From positions 806,001 to 870,000 of the forward strand of contig QPGO01000003.1 of NCBI GenBank assembly GCA_008632985.1: a stretch of 64,000 bases of DNA. The letters are read 5' to 3'. The position numbers were made by a program, and so were the translations under genes. The notes under the pieces are model-generated. The model did not search any database, was not told the DNA's origin, and was given only the letters and a program-made list of their open reading frames with translations. Source of the stretch: Psammoneis japonica. Taxonomy: Eukaryota. Below, in pieces: positions 50,322 to 62,359 of this stretch (the stretch's first letter is position 1; the number at the start of each line of letters is the position of its first letter).

Positions 50322-51806
50322 TTACATCATCCACAGCGCAGCTGAAAGCATTGCTGACGACACAATGATTGACATCGTCAAGAACCTGTCAGGTGCGGCT
50401 GATGTTTCCACATTGGAAGGGGCCAATGATTCGTCCTGCACCGACGCAGTGCTAGTAGACGGCGCCTCAGAGGAAGCTCCCGAAGGAGATTCCGAGTTCA
50501 CGACGGGAGCTGACATGGAACCCAAAACAGAAGGAGTCACAGAAGGGGACATTGGCGGCATAGAGGGCATCGAAGAAAGAAGAAAAGATGGCACCGTAGG
50601 CATGGTGGGTGCCGACGACGGTAGAGAAGATTTTGCTCCGGAAATAATAGTGGGTACCGACGACTGTAGAGAAGATTTTGCTCCAGCAATAGTGGGTGAC
50701 GATGAGGACACGGAGGGTGTATCTGATGGTGCTTGCGAAGAAGAATCGGTAACATTGCTGTCGAGGACCCATGTACAGGTGGATTCTTTTTCACATGATT
50801 CAGACGTCATAAATTCACTACATTCCAGTGTTCGAGATCCCGTGCACCTACACAAAACTTCGAGTTAGTTGAATTCCTCTTGTACTCAAATCCAAGTCAT
50901 AAGGGGGAACGTACCGAATCGTATTGACTCCGGAAGCGACAATGCATGGTTCTATGTCTAAATCACAGTAAAAAAAAACACAGTCGCAGGTACCTTCCGC
51001 ATAAGCTGGACTTTCACACAACAATGCGACGAAACTCTCAGTATAAGGGAATGGAAATCCAAGAGCATTTCGAGGAGAATTGCATTGGTATTTTCCGGCA
51101 AAAATTTCGCCCTCTGGAAACGCATCTTGAAAGCAAAATAATTCCGAGATCATTCCGATAGTCTGGGGTTCTGATGGTTGAGGAACTGAGTCAAAGTCAA
51201 AACAGTCACCATTTTCATCACGTCCCACGCATGGCTCATCCGGTCCCGAAGTCGACTCAAAGAAATTTGAACAGTCAAATTGCAGTTGAAAGATTCCATC
51301 GGAGGTGTCATTCGTCGGAACGATTGAGGTCGACCGACAAAGAATGTTTGAATTGCCGGAAGAAAAAAACATACGGCACTGAGCACAGTTCTCTCGGGTC
51401 GGCTCGGTAAACGTTGGATCTTGGCAGTAACACCAAAGAAGGACTCGTATACGGGAAATGGAGCGTCGTCGTATACACACAATGTCAAACCTTCGAAAGA
51501 ACTGCCACTCGTTTTCGGAGTATCCTCGCAGTCAAACTTGGATCCCAGTCCTGTTAGAAAAACGTCTGAGCTTTCTGATCCGCCGCCGCCACCACCTCCA
51601 CCAGGTACTTGCACGGGTGGAAGGCCTGATCCTGGAGGTGGGATGAAAACTTGCAAGCTGCGGTGTGCATCATCGTCATCTTCTGCAACACGAAATAATG
51701 CTTCTTCGGCAGCGCGAAAGATTTGACGACGTTTTTCAATGGTACTCGTCAAAGCGGATGACGCACAAAAGGAGAGAGAAGAAAAGAGGAGAAAGATCTT
51801 CATCAT
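50322..51806 (-). CDS. Secreted Cys-rich protein with Ser/Pro/Thr stalk and hydrophobic C-terminus (GPI-anchor-like); frameshift near 51420, intron about 50847-50915
   Basis: Signal peptide MKIFLLFSSLSFCASSA; PS/PT-rich repeats; hydrophobic tail. Confidence 0.6.
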
Positions 51807-53059
51807 CCAAACTAGGAATGCGGGGCAAACATTCATCAAAAAATGAGACTCTAATCTTTGGCTTGCATGCATGGGAATGCCGGTACAAGCCGCGCATTCC
51901 AGTCGTGGGGTGACGCAAGCGAGGAATTGCCTGCTGCCGCGCTTACGTCATCGCCTCATGTGTTGCACTGAAATGTTTTGCATTTCCTTCCATGTCCTTG
52001 CCCTTTTGTTGCACTGGCCAATGTTGATTGTGCCCCAAGCAACATTTTCATGAGGCAGAGCAACAAAAAGGGCAGGCGCCGTTTTGTCAGAGCTGCACAA
52101 TTTCTGTTTTTGACTTGACAATGACGTGTTTGCACGCCCCTGCTGTCCACCCCCCCCTTCTTGTTTCCCTTTGTGTGCTTTCTGTGTTGATTGTGTGCAG
52201 GGTCAATTGGATGCTGCTGATGTCCTCCATCCACAGGACTCCCCCAAATGGGTGTGGCTTCATTCGTGGTGCACATTTTTTGATGCTCATGTGGCTCCCA
52301 CGTGAGCATGCACCAGATCAGCAAATCAACAACCCAGCATGTTCTCACCTGTTTGCGCTGCAGCTCTGTTGACTCTGCCCCACTGTTTGGCACCTTTTGC
52401 CACAACCCACCATGGCAAATTCTCTTGCTCACCAGCACCTTTGCTGCCATGATGGCTCTGCAACAACAAAGTCTGGTTGCCCTTGAAAGAAGGACCCAAG
52501 CTGCAAATGGTCTGTGAACAATGGGAGTCTGCACCTGTCTCAGTTTCTTCTTCTGGTCAAGGCAGGGTTGGAGAAGCTGTTGCTTCCAAGTGCAGCTCCT
52601 CCCTTCATCCATCTGATTTGGACAGCTGGACAGCTGTGGTCTTCTTGGAGGCTTTGTGCTTCTCCCAGAATTGCCTCCTCTGTGTCTCCAGCTGCCAAGG
52701 AGAATTGTGAGATCTGGTGCAAGAAGCTGTGGTGTTTTCTTGCCATGATTGGTGTGATTGTGATTCCATGGTGGTGCTGCCATTGGCACACCCACCAGCT
52801 GGCTGCAGATGCCCCACTGTTGCACAGCCCTCCCTTCAGCATTTTGTTGTTCATCATTGCAAGGCCTTCAACCAGCCATTGAAGTTTTCCTTTGTCAACT
52901 CTGTTCTTTCTGACCCTGTCATTGATGTCAACAGAAATCACATCAGATCTGAAGGCTCCTGCATCAACAACACCAAGGGCTTCACCAACATTCATGCCTC
53001 ATTGGCTGACCTTGGGGAAAGCTTGGGACAAATGGCAACTGCAGTGAAATTGCAGATGC

Positions 53060-54600
53060 ACATTTAATGCTGAATGGTGATCTCAGCCAGCTGATGCACA
53101 CATGCAGCAATCAGCTCAATCAATGCAGTCATGGATTGATTTTGTGTGAGTGCAAGAGAGTGCTGTCCGAGATCCAATCTCCTGCACCAATGATCAAGAA
53201 TCAAGTGCACACACCATGTTGCAAGAAAAGAGGGCGCCAAATGGCTGGAGAGTCTGTTTTTGCTGATTGTTGGGCCCGTGTTGATTGTGTTGCTTGTTTG
53301 CATTGCAATGAGTTGATCTGGCTGAACAGAGCAATGGCTGGGGAGTTGACCTTTCCTCCATGACTTCCCAGCCCACCTGCTTGGAAATCCCCTGGTGGGT
53401 GTGCATCAATTTTGCTGCTTCATCACTTCAATCACTGGCTCCCAGCTCCTCAACAAGCACCTGGTTGATGTGGAGCTGCACAACAGTTGGGTTGTGCAGC
53501 ACTGCTCTCAACGACAACTCCTGATGACACAGAGAACATCTCTTTGCACTCTGAGACATGACCAAGGGAGTGTTGGGGCATGTGTTTGTGTGACCACGAT
53601 GACAGTGGCAGCATCTTTCAGGTTTGTTTTGCAAATGAATGAAAACCAGGCAATGGAAGAAAAAGGGCTGCACAAGGTTGTTTTTTTGCCCCCTCTGGAT
53701 GTGGGCTTTCAGCATTTGCTGGTGGGCACTTTTTCATCGCCCCAATCTAAGTTGGGCAGACCAATTGTTTTGCAACACTGGATTGCTTGTGTGGGGTTTA
53801 AAAATGGCAGCATGGCAGAAGATGTTGCTCAGAATGTTGCCAGAAATGAGTGCCAGCGATGCAAGCCAAGCTTTGCCTGCAGTGTGTTGATGGTCACTGC
53901 ACTGGTCATTTGCTTTGGCCTGACCCTGCCCATGGTTCCCAAGTTCAATTTTTCAAATTGGCCAAAGCCACACTCTGCTCTGCTGGCCTTTTGAGCTCTT
54001 TGCCCCACTCTTTGTCACCCTGTTTGGAGCTGTTTGACCAGCCACAACTTGGGAGCTGATCCCTGCCGGGTGTCTTGCAAGTCATGTTGACCACTGTGGC
54101 ACATGCAAAAAGGAACACAAATTGGCATGCCAGAGATGGTTGCGCCATGGCTGAGTTGAGGACAGGCTCCCATGCAAAGGTGCTGCAGCTGGTTCCCCAA
54201 GTCAATTTTTGTAATTGTTGCTGGAGCCTGTTGCCAGCTGTCAACTGCTGGGATCCACTTTTGCTGCCACAGGCCTCACCACACCTCAAGGAAGATCTGT
54301 CAGTGTTGGCACTGTGAATGAGGCCACACGCAGCAGAGAATTCCTTCCCACCAGCAATGTTTTGCAAACTGTCAGACCAGAAGGCCATGACTGCAGCTCT
54401 GGGACACCCACTTTTGTGTGAGTTGCAGTTGATGCAGCAAAGAACTTTGGCACAATTGGCTGCAAAGATGTCACCTCCATTCCTCTGCACAGAAATCTGG
54501 CATGAATCAGACAACATCCAATGCAATGAGAGGCGCCACACAACAAAAGACAGTTGCAGTTTGATGTCAACAACAAAACGCCCTCCATGATTTTTTAAGA
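53060..54600 (-). pseudogene. Eroded host-gene-like sequence (possibly glycosyltransferase-like)
   Basis: HKSGCPR...TDLP..GE.CG shared with fragments at about 42.7, 57.9 and 60.1 kb. Confidence 0.45.
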
Positions 54601-55999
54601 ATTGGTTTTCTTTTGCAATGCTGCTCTGTTTGTCAACCTTGCTTTCAAAAGCTCCAGTCTACAAGCCACACACAATGTCACTCCTTGGCGCAGCTGTGGC
54701 AGTTGTCACAGCCCTTGCTCTGTGCAAGCATCAAGAAGGAGGCCTGTTGCTCATTGGGACACACCTCCAGATTGCACACGCTGTTCACCAAATGGCTTTG
54801 GTTGTTTGCTTGGAGACTCAATGCTGATGAAGCAACCGTTGCAGTGCAACTCTCAAGTGCTGTCAGACTGTCACAAAAATGACTCAGTTTTGTCTGCAGC
54901 CATTGCTGTGGTGGGCACCAAATGAAGGAAACAAAGGTGTGGGGCAGCCCCCCACACACTGACCTCAATGACAGGGGGCATGCCTGCCTGCCAGTCACCT
55001 TGAGGGGAAAAGTTGGCACACTGTGTCTGCACTTCTTGTGGCAGTCTGCACCTCATGTTGGTGGCACACCAAATCCCCTCCCATGCTGTGGCCATGACAA
55101 GAAGACTTGCCACAATTTTTGCATGATGCAGCAGCAAAGGACCCCCACCAGCAAGGCAACCATGCTGAGCCCATGACTGACTTTACATTGGCAGGAGCTC
55201 AAGACACAACCTTGTGCTGTGCTGCAGAGAGGCATCATCATCTGAGCACAAAATGATGTCCTGCCAACAGCAATGCCAAAAAGATCAGTTGGCACCACTG
55301 CATGGCTGCATTTAGAGGCCCAAAAGCACACAAACTTGCCCCCTCAGCATGGGAGCACCTGTGCAATCAGGACTTAAACAAAAAACAGTCAAAGAGAGGT
55401 TGTGTTTTGTGTTGGTGGCAGAGGTGTGCTTTGCCAAAAAGGAACTTTGGTGCCCAGCAGGAGGTGGCTGCTGCAAGGGGGGCAGAGTGCACATTTCCAC
55501 TCCCGCGCAAGACTCAGATGACATCCAACACAAAAAGAGGCATGGCAAGAAAGATTGCAGCTTGGTGTTGACAAAATCTCCCTGGGGCAACTCAAAGGTG
55601 CTTGGGGGGCGACCTCTCTCACACACCATTGCACATGCGTGCAGCTTTGAACAATCGTCTGAGCATGCGACAACTTTGGCAACTGTGAACATGGAATGAT
55701 GTGTGTTGTGCTGGTCTTTAGAACTTCACAAACATTTTGCACCAAAAATGTTCTTTTGCAATGAACACTTGCTGGCTCTGAGATGACATTCTGTGGCAGC
55801 AGCAGAGCCACGATGCAATGCTGACTTGACAGTCCCCTCCACTTGGCACACCATGGTTCTTGTCAGATTTGGCAGGCTGCCAGTGGGTCTCCTCCATCCA
55901 TTCCTTGTCAGAGAAAAGATTTTGTTGGCACAGCAGACTGGCAGTCTGAGCCTGTGGGATGGACACATTTGCAACATGACACAGCTTTGTGCATGCACT

Positions 56000-56388
56000 G
56001 ACGCGTTCCAGCCCTAGGTGGGACTCCGTGTGACATTGGGCCCGTAGAATTCTACGTGCGAGGTCCGTAGTACGAGAATTTAATTAATGGATATATTTAT
56101 CTTCAACATCAAATAAACGGCCAAGTTTGTGGTACAATTATGCCTCTTACCACTCGACGTTTTTGCAAATGCACCTGCCCTACGCGATTCTTAAGACATT
56201 ATAGAATCGCGCTGTAACAAAAAATGTCAAAAGTTTTTGGACGGATCGCTCAATAAGTGTACCGTAAAATGACACAAAATATAAAAAAATCACGTAGAAT
56301 TCTACGTGCGCGACATACGACGAGATTCAAAAAACTATCGATGTCACAGTTCAGTAGTACGAGGTCCCACCTAGACCTGGAACGCGTC
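56000..56388. mobile_element. Young, un-eroded 389-bp MITE
   Basis: 25-bp TIRs gacgcgttccagccctaggtgggac / gtcccacctagacctggaacgcgtc, 4-bp TSD CACT, subterminal repeats cgtagaattctacgtgcg. Confidence 0.9.
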
Positions 56389-56627
56389 CACTGCTGCAGG
56401 TGCGATGCCACACCTCAAATCTCACTTTTCTTTTTTTCTTGTCTTGAAGCAACGAAATGTCCAACAATGATGTCCGATGTCCTCAAAGCGAAGCAGTCAT
56501 TTTGCTGCGGCCTGCTCATGACCTTGCCGGCACTGCTGCCCATGTCACATGCTGTGCGATGAGCACCGCATTTCACTGCCGTCACTTTTGACAGACAATG
56601 CACTCCATGGTTTGATGGGTGTGAAAG

Positions 56628-57860
56628 ATGCCGGATGATGAGGAAACGCTGGTGCACGAAGCCATCTCTTTAACTTGTCGGCACCATTCTGGTCTTGTGC
56701 TTGAGCATCTTTGACTTTGAACCAGATCTGCAAAGACTTTGTCCAAGAACAGCAAAGAAAGACAATGACAGACTCATCCACAAGATGCAATGGCACGCCA
56801 TGCCAGATGTGTTGGCAAAAGAGATGCGATCGCCTCCTCTCCAAATCATGCAGCAACACCAAAAATGGCATGGAGTTGAGGCTTTAGAAGGAAACCCTTC
56901 CATGGAGATGTGCAAATTTGCTGTTGCTGCATGCTGGTGTCCAGACCGAGCTGGCAATGTGCTCCACAGTCTCTTCAACTCCATTGCGTGGTCCACCATC
57001 ACAAATCGAACTCTTTTGCTTGACTGGGACACAGGAAACCCCAGTGTCAATGACGAATCTTGGTGCAACGATTGAGTTCTTCGACGACAATCATGGACTC
57101 CAATGTGGGGTGAGTGGAAAGAGAAATTGGGCTTGGGCGATCCAGTCTCTGTTGGCATGAATGCACCTGGACGAAGTGCGATGAAGACAAAGAGCACCAA
57201 GTCATCCCATTTCCCATGATCCTGGAGGTTCTGCATGAAAAGCGAATCTGTCAAAGTGGATGGGGTCATCATCCCATGGCTGTTCCAGAACACCAAAGCT
57301 GCGTGCAGGCAATGCCAAAAATCAATCGGGAGATTGCCTCTGGCATGCACTCGGAAGGAGTGGAATTTCTCTTTGGAATGTTTTTCCGTCAATTCTTTGT
57401 GTTGTTCCCCGAGAAAGCACTGTCCACACACGAGGATTCGTTTTTTGTTCATCCTGATTATGACATGTTCACGGTGGCTCTACACAGCCACCACGTTTCT
57501 TCTGTCGATGATGGCAGATGCATTGCTGACAAAAACGTTGTTTGAAGAAGATTCTGCCTGGTGCAAATGAGAGCTCAACCAAGACATGTTGGGCACACAT
57601 TCCATCGGACAGTCCATTGACAATTGAAAAGCTGCACCACTGGTTGGAAGAAAACCGCAACTGCAAAGCCATTTCTCTGCAGCATGACACTGAAACTCCA
57701 GCAATTTCAGATGAACACGGACCGAATGCTGGAGAGGGTTTCTCAGCAGAGCTGGAAATGGGCTTGCACGCAAGAACGGCCGTGATTGGCTCCCCCAATC
57801 GATCTTCCTTTAGACTGTTGCTAGAGCTTGTTGCCTGCCATCAAAGACCAGAGTCCTTGA
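56628..57860 (+). pseudogene. Eroded type II membrane protein gene (fucosyltransferase-like diatom family)
   Basis: KFAVAACWCPDRAGNVLHSLFNSIAWSTITNRTLL, EGVEFLFGMFF, EHGPNAGEGFSAELE; stops and frameshifts. Confidence 0.55.
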
Positions 57861-58489
57861 TGTCATCACAGGACTCGCCAACAGCCAAAGGAAGATCTGT
57901 GGGGGATGATGTGACGCAGCAGAAAAGGCTTCCGCCACCCAAGCTTTGCAAACTCCGCAATGGAAGTCCATCTGGTCATGACTACAGTCCTGGGACACCC
58001 ACTTTTGTGAAGGACACAAATGGTGGTTAACATGAAGAGATCCCGTTTTTTGCAAAGATGTCTGTGGCATCAAGGACTGGCATGTTCCACTCTCACCAGG
58101 ATTTGTCATCATGCAGTTGAGTGGTTCATTGCCTCAGCTCCTGTGCAAAATTGAGCATGATTTTCGGACGACATCCGACACAGGTGAGGAGAGGCTGCTG
58201 TCCCCTGACCAGAGGTTAGCAGTGCCAGCAGCAGAGATGAGAGAGGCCTGAACAGCTTTCCACATGCTCTGAGAGCAGCCCTGGGAGATCATGAGCTCCC
58301 AGCATGAGATCTGGAGCGCGCACCTCAGCCAGCCTTGGGATACACTTGTCAAGGCCGATCTCAGTACGTTTGTGGAAGAAGATGCTAAGCAGGCAACGCG
58401 TTTTGATTTGGGTCTATTCATTTTCATCGTTCACGCTGCTCGCAGTCGCTTGCAGTCACCTTTTCTATCCCATCCTTTGAGAAGAAAGA

Positions 58490-59422
58490 ATGAAGCATTC
58501 AGTTTCCTCCTTCTCACCGCTCTTGATTGCGATAATCTTTGGATTGTTGACAATCAATTCAGTGATTTTAGTTGCGTTTATCGGACAAATAAATTCAACT
58601 ACCGTGGACAAGGCATCGTGTTTTCTTCATTCGCCAGTCTTGTACGGACATGTCCACATGGCGAAAACCGCAGGAACAAGCATTGTTGGAAATTTGTCCA
58701 TGCATTTCGAACGGGTTTTGGCAACAAGGGATATTCGTACGATGCGTACCGCGTACCAAACAAACGAGAGAATGAGAGCAAATCAATTGAAAACAAGCAG
58801 TACATATATGCGATACGAGGCTGCTGACGATATGGTCCACAAGGTGTATAGCGGACGCCACAATAACAGAGGAGATCTTCCTCGTGCCGCAATGCAGGAA
58901 ATTGGGTTCGAAGACTGTGATTATGTCAGTATTGAAGGGACGCTGGACAAGTTGGCCGAAGTTTTTGCAGAGTGGCCTTTTCCAGTCGAATTGCATGTAA
59001 GCTGTCGAGATCCACTAGACCACTACCTCTCCTTTTTGAATTATCAGAGATACGAATTCCAGTGCAATACAAGTGAGAATAATGGGATACTGCGTCAAGT
59101 GGAAGAGCATGATCCATTGACCCATAGATTCTCCATGAAACTGTTGGAGGTGAAGAATTTCACTGTCAAGTGTTTTGACTATCGGAGTACGTCAAAGTAC
59201 ATGACATATATGGGAGAACGACTGCAACGCAGACGAATCGAGACTGATTATGTGTTTCGCTCTTCCAACAGACCCCGAAACAAGTCCAAGGAATGCTTGT
59301 GGGGCTATCCCAATTTGCAAGACATGATTTTTTCAGACTATCTTGTCGAGCGGCATGACTACTTTAAGTTTTGCGGTCATTGTCTCGGATCAATAGACGA
59401 TTTGTTCTTTGACGATGAATAA
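58490..59422 (+). CDS. Sulfotransferase-like protein, copy 2
   Basis: HMAKTAGTS, CRDPLDHYLS; colinear with 38476-39389. Confidence 0.65.
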   Translation: MKHSVSSFSPLLIAIIFGLLTINSVILVAFIGQINSTTVDKASCFLHSPVLYGHVHMAKTAGTSIVGNLSMHFERVLATRDIRTMRTAYQTNERMRANQLKTSSTYMRYEAADDMVHKVYSGRHNNRGDLPRAAMQEIGFEDCDYVSIEGTLDKLAEVFAEWPFPVELHVSCRDPLDHYLSFLNYQRYEFQCNTSENNGILRQVEEHDPLTHRFSMKLLEVKNFTVKCFDYRSTSKYMTYMGERLQRRRIETDYVFRSSNRPRNKSKECLWGYPNLQDMIFSDYLVERHDYFKFCGHCLGSIDDLFFDDE

Positions 59423-59779
59423 TGCAGAATATTGAATATTGGCTCATTTTTTCTCGCACGTTGCATCATCTCCATGCACCTTCTGTTGGTTGTCGTTGTA
59501 TCCGCTCAAGTTGTCGCGAAACCAAAATTCTATTCATTGACAACTTCTGACTCATTGTTACCGCTTTTTCCATTTCTTCTCCATTGCTAATGAAGAAATA
59601 TGGTGTAGGAGTCTAGACTGATTAGACGGGACCCAGCGTCTTCGAACTTGGGTGAAAATGGCGTGCATTGCCTTAGCATTGAGACCCGTAAGGAGAATTG
59701 ATTGGAAACTAGCCCGAGTCTGGATCACCGTGGCGACCAAAAGTTCGTGGTTGAATTTTTCGAACTGGCGGAAGCTATA

Positions 59780-60280
59780 CCTGCCCTACTAGCCCTTTGA
59801 TCCTTTTATCCCACTCCTGATCTTCCTACATGGAACCTGGAAGACTATGATAGCGACTGAAAGTTGTGGTCCTCGCCGGGTATCGCACAAGTCAGGTTGA
59901 CCATCTTTTTGCACTTTCAAAGAACCTCGGATCGCTTGTCGGAGAGGGTTTTATGGCTGAGTTGGAGAATAGGCTCTCATGGAAGATCGACTGTGATTGG
60001 TCCCAGATATAGCCTTCATCACGAGGAATCACCAACAGCCAAAGGAAGAAGATCTGTGGGGGATGTTATGTGGGAGTTTCTTCTCCAAAGCTTTGCAAAC
60101 TCCGCAAAAGAAGACAAAAGGGTTATAGCTATAATCCTGAGGCACCCACTTTTGTGAGGTCGCGGATGGTGGTTCATTACTGGAACATTTCACGAGAAAC
60201 TGCTTATGTTATGGTTGGCTACGTTCCTGTGCGAAAACGAGCGTGACTCTTTCAGATGACATCCGACACAAACAGATGTT
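59780..60280. pseudogene. Un-eroded fragment homologous to about 57750-58190
   Basis: Shared ggagagggttt..gctga, ccaacagccaaaggaaga, cacccacttttgtga and gacatccgacaca. Confidence 0.65.
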
Positions 60281-60348
60281 CTACAATCAACTGCAACTCG
60301 TCTCATTAGTCTTATTCTCTAATCTTTTCTGTAATCGCCACAATGTGG

Positions 60349-60876
60349 CTACGAGAACGGAATTGCGAGAGCTCCCACTGCCGAACCAAGCAACGCCGTC
60401 CTGTGAAATTGTTTGTTGTTGACATATTCTGGGTGTCGTTGGGTGTCTAATTGGGCTGGATCAAACTCACTGGGACGCCTGGCTTCACCACGGAGCACCA
60501 AAATTTGTTTAGCCACCTTGAGATTCTTGCGACGGGATTTTTCTTCGTCCGTGTATCGACGAAGATACTTTGCAGTGTGATGCAACTCTCTCGTGACTCT
60601 GTTTGTCAGAATCCTGTAGGCTTGTTTCGTCCAAACATGATAATATCCCATTCCATGAGTGTTTGGTCCCCAAACATAATCTTGCTTCAGGGGGGCTTGT
60701 TCCCCATTAGAAGCAGGATGAGGAATAAACGCGGGTGTCTTGCCGTTGATCTTTTTCGAAGGATCCGCCCATGACGTGAGTTCCAACGGATATCGAGCTA
60801 AACTTGAAAGTTTGAGCTCGGGTAACTCTTCGAGGCACGTGTTCATATATTCGACTTGGGCCATTGTAGCAGACAT
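60349..60876 (-). CDS. Hypothetical protein, paralog of 16106-16630
   Basis: Colinear similarity over about 150 aa. Confidence 0.7.
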   Translation of the reverse strand: MSATMAQVEYMNTCLEELPELKLSSLARYPLELTSWADPSKKINGKTPAFIPHPASNGEQAPLKQDYVWGPNTHGMGYYHVWTKQAYRILTNRVTRELHHTAKYLRRYTDEEKSRRKNLKVAKQILVLRGEARRPSEFDPAQLDTQRHPEYVNNKQFHRTALLGSAVGALAIPFS

Positions 60877-61372
60877 GTTGATCTTTGGTGTTTGTGTCGT
60901 AAGGAGATGAAAATTGTGAGCCTTAGTGTGCTATCCACTTCACTTCTTGCGCTTTGTGCTGATGATGGTATGATGGTCAGTCACGAATGAACAAAAACTG
61001 CGCAGGCACGAAGGAAAAACGCGACCAAAATTTGACTACTTCGACCAGTCGAACAAGCATTCAATGAGCAATCGTCAATCGGCTCGAGATGCAATGGTGC
61101 ATCTGGCGAGAACACATTGAAGGAGGGGAAATGATAAAGCTTTTAAAGCTGATGATAGACAGGAAGAAGTCAATCTTTCACATCAATCAACTTATGTACT
61201 CGCAAGTCGCAAGTCGGATGGATGACCGTGTGGACGGCCAGGCAAAACTCCAAAACGCGACCAAAAGATTCGATCGACTCACCCTCTCGATTCTTTGACT
61301 GACGACTGACGCAAGACGCAAGCTGCATAAGAACTCTTTCTGATCAGTGTAGAGAGAAGCTAACAAGAAGTC

Positions 61373-62065
61373 ATGAGTTGGAGCCTCGGAACTGTTTCGT
61401 TTGTCGTAAGAGCTGCAGCAGTTTTTGTGTTGCTGCCAAAGAGCAGTGCTTTTTGCCCACGCTTTGCTAGGAGTAGTCGATTGACTCCGGTAATTTCCAA
61501 GGTGAAAGTATGGCTGGCTGATGCTGCTACTTCTGTAACTGTCGAACGAGACGAGTGTGTGAAAGAACTCATGGAGGCCTGTCGGGAGGCGGGACAGGTG
61601 GGTTCTCTTGCATCACAGGAACAACGCGACAAGGTTGAAAACTTGGCAAAAAAGCTTGTGCCCATGTCGGACCCCGAACCAGCGAGGCAACCACTGACGG
61701 GAATTCATAATTTGGTGTACAGTGCGGCCGAGGGTGGAAGCTCTGGACGACTAGCGGGGCCCATTTATGGAGCAGTGACGCAAGAGTTTGTGAATGATGA
61801 AACTTTTATCAACGGAGTAACACTTGGGCCTCTCTCCGCGTCGTTGCGAGCGAGCCGCAAAGTCATGAACGACAAAGACATAAACGTAAAGTTTCTGGAA
61901 ACCACAGTAAAGTTGTTTGGACAGACTGTTATTCAGAAAGAAATATCGGGTGGAGGCATGTGGAAATACCTTTTCATTGGAGAGGTTCAAGATGAAAATG
62001 GCAATTCCAAATTGGTGCGCGTCATGGAGACACCAAGTCTCTTTGTACTGGAGCAACCGCTGTAA
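61373..62065 (+). CDS. Plastid fibrillin/PAP-like protein
   Basis: SSA-FCP presequence; VENLAKKL...LTGIHNLVYS; beta-rich C-terminal part. Confidence 0.65.
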   Translation: MSWSLGTVSFVVRAAAVFVLLPKSSAFCPRFARSSRLTPVISKVKVWLADAATSVTVERDECVKELMEACREAGQVGSLASQEQRDKVENLAKKLVPMSDPEPARQPLTGIHNLVYSAAEGGSSGRLAGPIYGAVTQEFVNDETFINGVTLGPLSASLRASRKVMNDKDINVKFLETTVKLFGQTVIQKEISGGGMWKYLFIGEVQDENGNSKLVRVMETPSLFVLEQPL

Positions 62066-62359
62066 AAGCCCGAGCTACTCCTTTGTCTATGATGTGGCGT
62101 CAATCATTAGTCGTCATCTAAAATCAATAATATGCTTATCAAGACGCTTCATCGGGAACGAACCATGTTGTACAGGCTTCTACCAATCCTTTTCGCCCAA
62201 CTTGATGAAAAGAAAATAGTTCAGCACTAGCTAGCCGTCACGCACTGCAAGTCATACTGTAATATCATTTTGTCTCTAATGTTGTTGCGTCTAGCTTGTG
62301 TGCTTCTCTCGTCTATCAACGCCTTCATCCACAATACTGTTTGGAGCTCGTTGCCAACA

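Larger units (their letters stand above)
51950..58335. other. TpA-depleted hypermutated block C (interrupted by a young MITE)
   Basis: Near absence of TA except in 56000-56388. Confidence 0.9.

Noticed and set aside
19740..58335. Dense overlapping Cys/His/Gln/Trp-rich ORFs in all six frames of the eroded blocks
   Set aside because: Loss of TA removes TAA and TAG stops on both strands, so spurious ORFs lengthen; they are not genes or an alternative genetic code.
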